Shown here piece by piece: positions 57,469 through 64,000 of a DNA stretch of 64,000 bases (positions are counted from its first letter, which is position 1; each line of letters opens with the position of its first letter). Made by a program: the position numbers and the translations under genes. Under the pieces are notes generated by a model. The model saw only the letters and a list, made by a program, of their open reading frames with translations, searched no databases and was not told the DNA's origin. Source of the DNA: Felis catus (Eukaryota); the NCBI RefSeq assembly GCF_018350175.1, contig NC_058368.1, forward strand, positions 115,446,001-115,510,000, given 5' to 3'.

Positions 57469-59295
57469 TATAGATGGTAAAGAGGAGGAAGAGATTGCCT
57501 GTATGGGTCTGGAGACCTAACCAGGAGGACCACCCAAAACAGCAGAAATCTGGACAATTGATCCACTCAGAGATATACAGACAGAAAGGCCTTTGCTCTA
57601 TCTCCTTCCTCCCTCCTCTGTGCCTGTCCTGTGTCCTGGGGGCACATGTGAAGTGGGGGAAAAGGCTATTTGGGAGAAAAGGCTAAAAGACTAAAGTTCA
57701 CCCAAAGCTGCTCCTGCATCTGAGCTTAATTTTGCTCTAGAGCTATGAATAGAGACCTCTGGGCTGGGTTAGAAGTGCCTGAGTCAGGCTCCTTTCAGAG
57801 AGAGGACATTGAGGCCCAGAGAGGGCAGGAACCAGCCTGAGGCCCTGCAACCAGACTATAGCAGGGCCAGGACCCCCAGCTTCAGTTCCTTAGGTCAAAT
57901 CATGGCATTTGACCACCTAAGATAGAAACAGAGAAGAAAGGAACAGTTGGTATGGAACCTAGAGGAAGAAGTACAAGTTCCTTAGCCTGGCAAGCAGGGC
58001 TTATCTGCCGTTGCTGACTCTCACACGCGCCTCCCCTTCCAAGGGAGGAGCTCTGCCACCACTGTCCCCCCAAACCAAAGTGTATCCTCTTCTGACTCAT
58101 TCAGAGCCCTCCTCTCAACCGCTCTGCTTTATACCCATCCCTTCAACTGTATGGATGGGCTTAACCTCCCTGAGCCTCAGTTTCCTAATCTGCAAAGAGA
58201 TTGTTTAAGGTGTGAGAGACACTACATGTCAAATGTTTGACATGTGGTAAGCATTCCATAAGAATCATAGCTGCTATTACCGTTGCCATTGTAATTAAGA
58301 ACCAATTCAAGTCCTTCCCACAACCCCCAACTAGATGGAGACATCTTTGAGGACAGCAGTTAGAGTACCTTGACTCTGTACCCAGAGAAGACCCAGGACC
58401 CAGCAGTGGTCTGTGTTGGCTCTAGATGGCACCTGATGGCTGGTTTCCCTTAGTGCCTTCCCTACAGGCTGGGCAGGGGCTGACCCTGCTGTCTGAGGCT
58501 GCCTCTCTGGCTTTCATTCCTGAGGCTGTAGTGAATCATTGGTATGGAGTGGGCTTGGGATTTCACTGATGGGCCAAAAAACAAAAGAAAAAGTGCTGCC
58601 AGGGGCACAAAGATGCCATCCCCGGATGTTCTGGACAGTAAGGGGGGGGGGGGACTCAAAACCCCCAGCAGATGAGGAAGGATAGGTCCATGGGGCCACA
58701 GAGAAGAAAGCTGATATACAGGCACAGCTTCTCCTTGGCTTCCTTGGGGCGTGTGTGTGCCCCTAAATGAGACCCCTGTGGGTAGTAGTGTGAGGGGAAA
58801 TGGAAGGGCCCACTCCCCAATCACTCTCTCTTCTGCATCCTCAGGACTGGTTTATTCTGGATTGTTCTTTCTTACACCATCATGCCAGGTCCTAGGGTTG
58901 TCTTGAACAGGAGTATTCCCAGATATTCATTCATTCAATATTCAACCAGTATTTATTGAGTCCCTTCTCTGTGTCAGGCACCTTGCTATTGGAGCTTATG
59001 TTCTGGCTGGAGGAACAGACAAAGGAGCAGACAAACAAAAGTCCACTTCATAAGTGCTACTTTTTATGGGACGCTTGGGTGGCTCAATCGGTTAAGTGTC
59101 TGATTCTTGATTTTAGCTCAGGTCATGATCTCAGACTTCATGAGATTGAGCCCCACTTTGGGCTCTGCACTGACAGTGCAGAGCCTGCTTAGGATTCTTT
59201 CTCTCCCTCTCTCGTTCCCTCTCCCACTCGTCCTCCCCCCACCCACCCCCCAGCTCTCAAAAATAAATAAATAAACTTTAAAAAACCCTGCTGTT

Positions 59296-59509
59296 GGGGC
59301 GCCTGGGTGGCGCAGTCGGTTGAGCGTCCGACTTCAGCCAGGTCACGATCTCGCGGTCCGCGAGTTCGAGCCCCGTGTCAGGCTCTGGGCTGATGGCTCA
59401 GAGCCTGGGGCCTGTTTCCGATTCTGTGTCTCCCTCTCTCTCTACCCCTCCCCCGTTCATGCTCTGTCTCTCTCTGTCCCAAAAATAAATAAGCGTTGAA
59501 AAAAAAAAT
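59296..59509 (+). mobile_element. Young felid Can-SINE with 19-bp TSD, inserted at the tail of an older SINE
   Basis: TSD tttaaaaaaccctgctgtt at 59277-59295 and 59510-59528. Confidence 0.93.
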
Positions 59510-60279
59510 TTTAAAAAACCCTGCTGTTTTAGGAGTAAGCCCAGGGCTTGTAGAGGGCAGGAGAGAGGTGACCTTTAAACTCAATCAGAAGGACATGGGG
59601 GACGTATACTCTCTAGGCAGGGGGAACCCGTGTACAGGCCAGGGGGCACAGAGACCTGGCATTTTTCAGAAGCTGCAAGAAGTGGGTCAACCAATGGAGA
59701 CTTGTTAAACATGGGTGACACTTCCAGGAAGTCTGATTTGGTGGGTCAGAGTCCGCCTGGTCAACAAGCTCCACTAGTGATTTCGATAAAGGTGGGACTG
59801 TGGCTCAACATGTGAGAAAGGCATTATGAAAGATGGGCTGGAGGTCACATAGCCATGCTGTGAAAAGCTGGTAGGTCAAATCGAGTTTCATCTTTATACT
59901 AAAGGAACAGGAAGGCCACTGAAGAGCGTTCATCCTGGGAACTAGAGAATCTTTACAAAGATCCGTCTGCAATGTGGAAAATGGGTGCAAGAGAGCTGGA
60001 CTGCTGGCTGAGATGGCCTTCCAGCCTGGAGTGGATGTTGGCCTGAATCAAGAAAGAGGCAGTGGGGACAGAGAAGAGGCTGGATTTGGGAGAGGAGGTG
60101 GAACCGGAGCATCCACAGGACCCGATGATGCTTTGGCTGTGAGCTAAGGGAAGGTAAGCAGCCAGAGGACAAGGGAATGGGTGAGAGAACCCAAAATTAG
60201 GTAAGGCAAGTTGGAGGAATGTGAGGAAGGGAGGAAGGGATCCAATGTGGAATCTGAAGGGTCTGAGAGGGGCAGGCCA

Positions 60280-60850
60280 CGGTGGGCGTACCTGCTGCCT
60301 GAGGACGTCCAGGATAAGGGTGGGGAAGGTACGGCACATCGGGGACCCCCAGCGCCCCACACTCGGGTGCGCGCTGAGTCCCCAGTTGGACAGAGGTCAG
60401 ACGGGCCCAGACTGCAGCTAGGTTCATACCCTTCCTCTATCCATTTGGTCTCCTCCTCCGGCTTCTACCATTCCCGTCATGCCTCGGGGCCGGTGACTTC
60501 ATGGGGCGCGGGTGCCAAGGCCCCGGCCTCCGCTAGGTGGCACTGCTCCCGTCAGTCCTCGGCCCCGCCTGCCGCGCTCTGTTCTCCGGGAGGATCGGGA
60601 GGACCCGCCCGGCTCCGGCTCCGCCTCAGCCTCCGCCTCCGCCTCCGCCTCCTGCTCCGCCTCCGCCTCCCGCTCCCGCACAGCTTGGGCGACAGGTCTG
60701 GCCCTGTCCTGCCAGAACGGTCAGCCTCGGAGCCAGGGCCATTGGCTGGCTGGCTCTGGACCACCCTCCGGGCTTTTGCCAAGAGATTGGGTTTTTGCAC
60801 GTTTCTCAGGGTGCGCAGCTCCGAAACCTCGGCACCATTCTTGAGATCCC
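60280..60850. promoter_or_regulatory. Orphan CpG-rich island with CTCF motif and degenerate (CTCCGC)n repeat
   Basis: Local CpG enrichment; CCGCTAGGTGGCAC at 60530-60543; hexamer repeats at about 60612-60678. Confidence 0.7.
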
Positions 60851-63259
60851 TGCCATCCTCACACCCACATCCAGGCAGATGTGGAGTGTGGTTGGCCTTT
60901 CTGCCTTCTCCAGAACCCTTCCCTGAACTCTGCCCTCTCTCAGATCTGCCAGCATAAGTAAAGAGACTCCAGAATCAGCTCCTAGTTCTGACCTTGAGCA
61001 AACAATCTTCCTTTGCTCCAGATTCCCTTAAGATTAGATGGAAATAGTAATACCATCTCATAAGATTGTTGGGAGCCCTAAAGAATCATCTTTTTCATTA
61101 TAAATCAAGTGGTCAATACACATCAGCTATTTGAATATTTCTTTGTGTTGCTGGAATACACTCACTGACCCAAACTCTTCAATGGCTTCTGACTGCCCTC
61201 AGGATCCAGTCCAAACTTTTAGCTTGGCCTACAAGGCCCTTTCAGTCTCATTTCCTGTCATTTCCCATCTCTTCCTCCCCCACATCCTTTGTTGTTTTAT
61301 CATAGAATTCTCTGTGCCTTAACCTGAATACACTTTTCCCATTTTCTCTCCTCACTTTTGAAACCCATCTCAAAAGCCTTCCTGTCAAATACTTCCCAAT
61401 GGTCCCAAAGTTTTAAGATGCCCAGAACTGGCATTATCAGAAACAAAATGGAAAGACTAAGGAACAATATGTCACAATTATAAATATGTTTGAGCACTCT
61501 GTGCTTATAGGGACAAAAATAGCTGCGGAAATGATTGAGCTGGAATGTTAAAAGCGAAGAGGAGGAAGAAGGAACAAAGAAAAGAAGTTTCCCCCACCCT
61601 TTAGGCCAACAGGTGCCCAGGCCCTGAGGAGGCCACCTCCCCAGGAACCAAATCAGGTCTCTAGACAGAACAGGTTTATAGCTTCTTGGAGGCTATTGCT
61701 ACACACCTATTTAAGCGGCTTTTCCAGATGTGGGAATGGATGCCCCCGAGTCACCTGCCTATTGACATCTAGTACCCTGAAAACCAGAGGCTAGCACATG
61801 TGAGGAGACCAACCAGATCTGGGACAATGCAAACTGATGGAGGTCTGAACCCGCAATCTCTGTGGGTAATCTGGACCCCAGCAGACCCCTGTAAATAACC
61901 TGATAAGCCAATGCTTACACCCAATGTCCTTCAGCACTCCCCCCTCCTAAACCAGGTCACCCAAAGCCTCCCCTAAATGGCGCCAATCTCATAGAGGTGA
62001 GGGACACAGAGTGTTAAACCTCTTCTGAATCATCTGAGTATTTCGCCAGTACTTACTAATATGTGTTCCAGACCTTGGTCTGGGTAATGGTCAATAGATG
62101 GGACAGATAGAATAGTGTCATTTTTGCCCTCTTGGGACTCATAGTCTAATGGCAGAGATGAGTAAGCCATGAAGACAAGATGTGACAAGTGCTGTGGGAG
62201 GATTATATGAACTGAGGACAGGCAGTGTGGTACAGTGCTTAGAGGCCTAGACGGGCAGCAGATGCTACTGTGAGAGTGCTTAGTGCTAAACATGACATGA
62301 CTCTTGATCTTGGGGTTGTGAGTTCGAGCCCCATGTTGGGTGTAGAGATTATTTAAAAAATAAAATCTTAAAAATTTTTTTTACCCAAGAGGCTGTTGAA
62401 GATGCAGAAGTCTAGTGTCCAGCTTATCCTCTAAGCCTTCTGCAAGCTTCCCAACAAATATGAGCTACCCTCATTAAATCTATGTAGTTATCATTCATAG
62501 TACCCCAGAGTAGAGATAAGCATCCTCCCCTCCCCCTCACAGGTAGCCTGGGTACATCACCTGAACAGAGGACAATGGAAAGGGAAGGGTGAACAATGGG
62601 AGAAAGACATGGTGGAATGCACCTCTTGAGGAAGTAGCCCAGACCTTTAGGATGCCAGAGAACACCAAAGGGCCCAGCAGGTGGAAAAGGGCTCCTTGAG
62701 GACCTGTCTTGGGGGTCTGTTTGCATGAGAATGAGAAAGCATCATTTATCCAAATCAGAGAAAGAGAAGGGGCTACCAGCCCTCCTTGGCACTGTCAGGT
62801 TGTGTCCCCAACTCTCAAGTTGATCAAACACACAACCGCTGATACCAAAGAGTATCAAAATAGGGACCACAGAAGTGCTTGGGTCTTCTTTCTTGCTACT
62901 GCTTTTCTTTTGACCCAAACTTTTAGATCTGCTAGGGTTTCTTATTCTGGAGTTCATTGGGCCATAGGGAGACAAGAACTCATCCAGAGGCTAAATATAA
63001 AGCCAGTCCATCAACTCCCATCTCTAACTAAGTTTTGCCAAATGTGGGCTTTTGCTTCTCATTACAGGATAAAAATATGTTCATTCACAAATAAATTAGA
63101 AACCATAGATAAGTAACAAAAAGAAATTTTTCAAATAAATTTTATCATTTTCCTTAAAAATATGAAAACTTTAACAAAACATATTCTGGACATTTGCTCC
63201 TATCACTAAAACCTTCTTCTGCTGCACAGTTTGTAATGGCTGGACTGTTGTGTTTGAGA

Positions 63260-63262
<3 letters not shown>

Positions 63263-63299
<37 letters not shown>
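63263..63299. repeat. (GT)n microsatellite
   Basis: Direct reading. Confidence 0.95.
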
Positions 63300-63300
<1 letters not shown>

Positions 63301-64000
63301 TGTCAATCACCTAAGCATTAGACTCAGAGCTTGTTTCTGCTTCTCTCGCTCTTTTTTTTTTTTTTTTTTAATATTTTTGAGAGAGAGAGAGATAGTGGAT
63401 GGGGGAGCAGCACAGAGAAAGAGAGAGAGAGAATCCTAAACAGGCTCCGTGCTGTCAGTGCTGAGCCCGATGTGAGGCTCAGACCCACAACATGTGGGAT
63501 CATGACCTGAGCTGAAACCTAGAGTTGGACGCTTAACTGACTAAGCCACCCAGGCGCCCTGAGTTTCTGCTTATAAATAACACTGAGAGGACCATCCTTA
63601 TCACAAAATCCTTGCTAGACTTCTTAGTTATTTCAAGACACATTTCTGGGTGTAGACTTGCTGGCTCAAAGGGAGCCCATTTTTTACTATATTGCCAAAA
63701 TACAGATGGGCCTATTTAGTGTCAGATTTTAGTGGTCAAGTTAGGAGATAACACTGCTAGGAGGTGGAGAGGGGTGGTCAGGAGGAGAGGAAGCCAGCCT
63801 AGGTTTGCAGCTATTCCTAGGGAGCCCTGGGTTGTGAAACTAGAAAATAATCATGGAATCAGTTAGTTTCTCTTCTCCGTCTTCCCTGTATGCTGTCCCA
63901 GTTCCCCACCAACCAGGGCCTCCCCAGGGGTCTTTAGGAGGAGACGGATAGGTCCCTGAGGAGTGGGGGATTAGGGCCAGCGATGCTAAACTGATGACTT

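Noticed and set aside
60211..60957. 248-aa ORF and overlapping RL/SA/EA/poly-P repeat ORFs as a novel protein
   Set aside because: Several frames on both strands are open because of GC richness and the hexamer repeat; starts are non-ATG and there is no domain signal.

Overview
Mammalian genomic DNA, almost certainly a felid (dense felid-type Can-SINEs; STING CDS of 377 aa). The window holds the conserved gene block DNAJC18 (minus; coding exons 1-7 present, last exon apparently beyond the left edge), ECSCR (minus, complete), SMIM33 (plus, complete) and STING1/TMEM173 (minus, complete). About 15 kb of repeat-rich upstream sequence follows, containing an orphan CpG-rich island with a strong CTCF motif near 60.5 kb. 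Exons were built by hand from GT-AG junctions and frame continuity. Comparisons with human and mouse proteins are from memory and need alignment to confirm. I see no prokaryote-type system (no CRISPR, operon or RNA gene) and cannot support a wholly new biological system. The best leads are isoform- and residue-level: (1) STING has Ser at the Cys91 palmitoylation/H-151 site; (2) the STING-beta start codon is present but out of frame; (3) the exon-7-skipping (MRP) frame of the last STING exon stays open for 117 codons; (4) ECSCR appears to carry both human-type and mouse-type mucin-stalk exons plus an 18-nt micro-exon; (5) the orphan CpG/CTCF island has a minus-strand splice donor pointing towards STING1.
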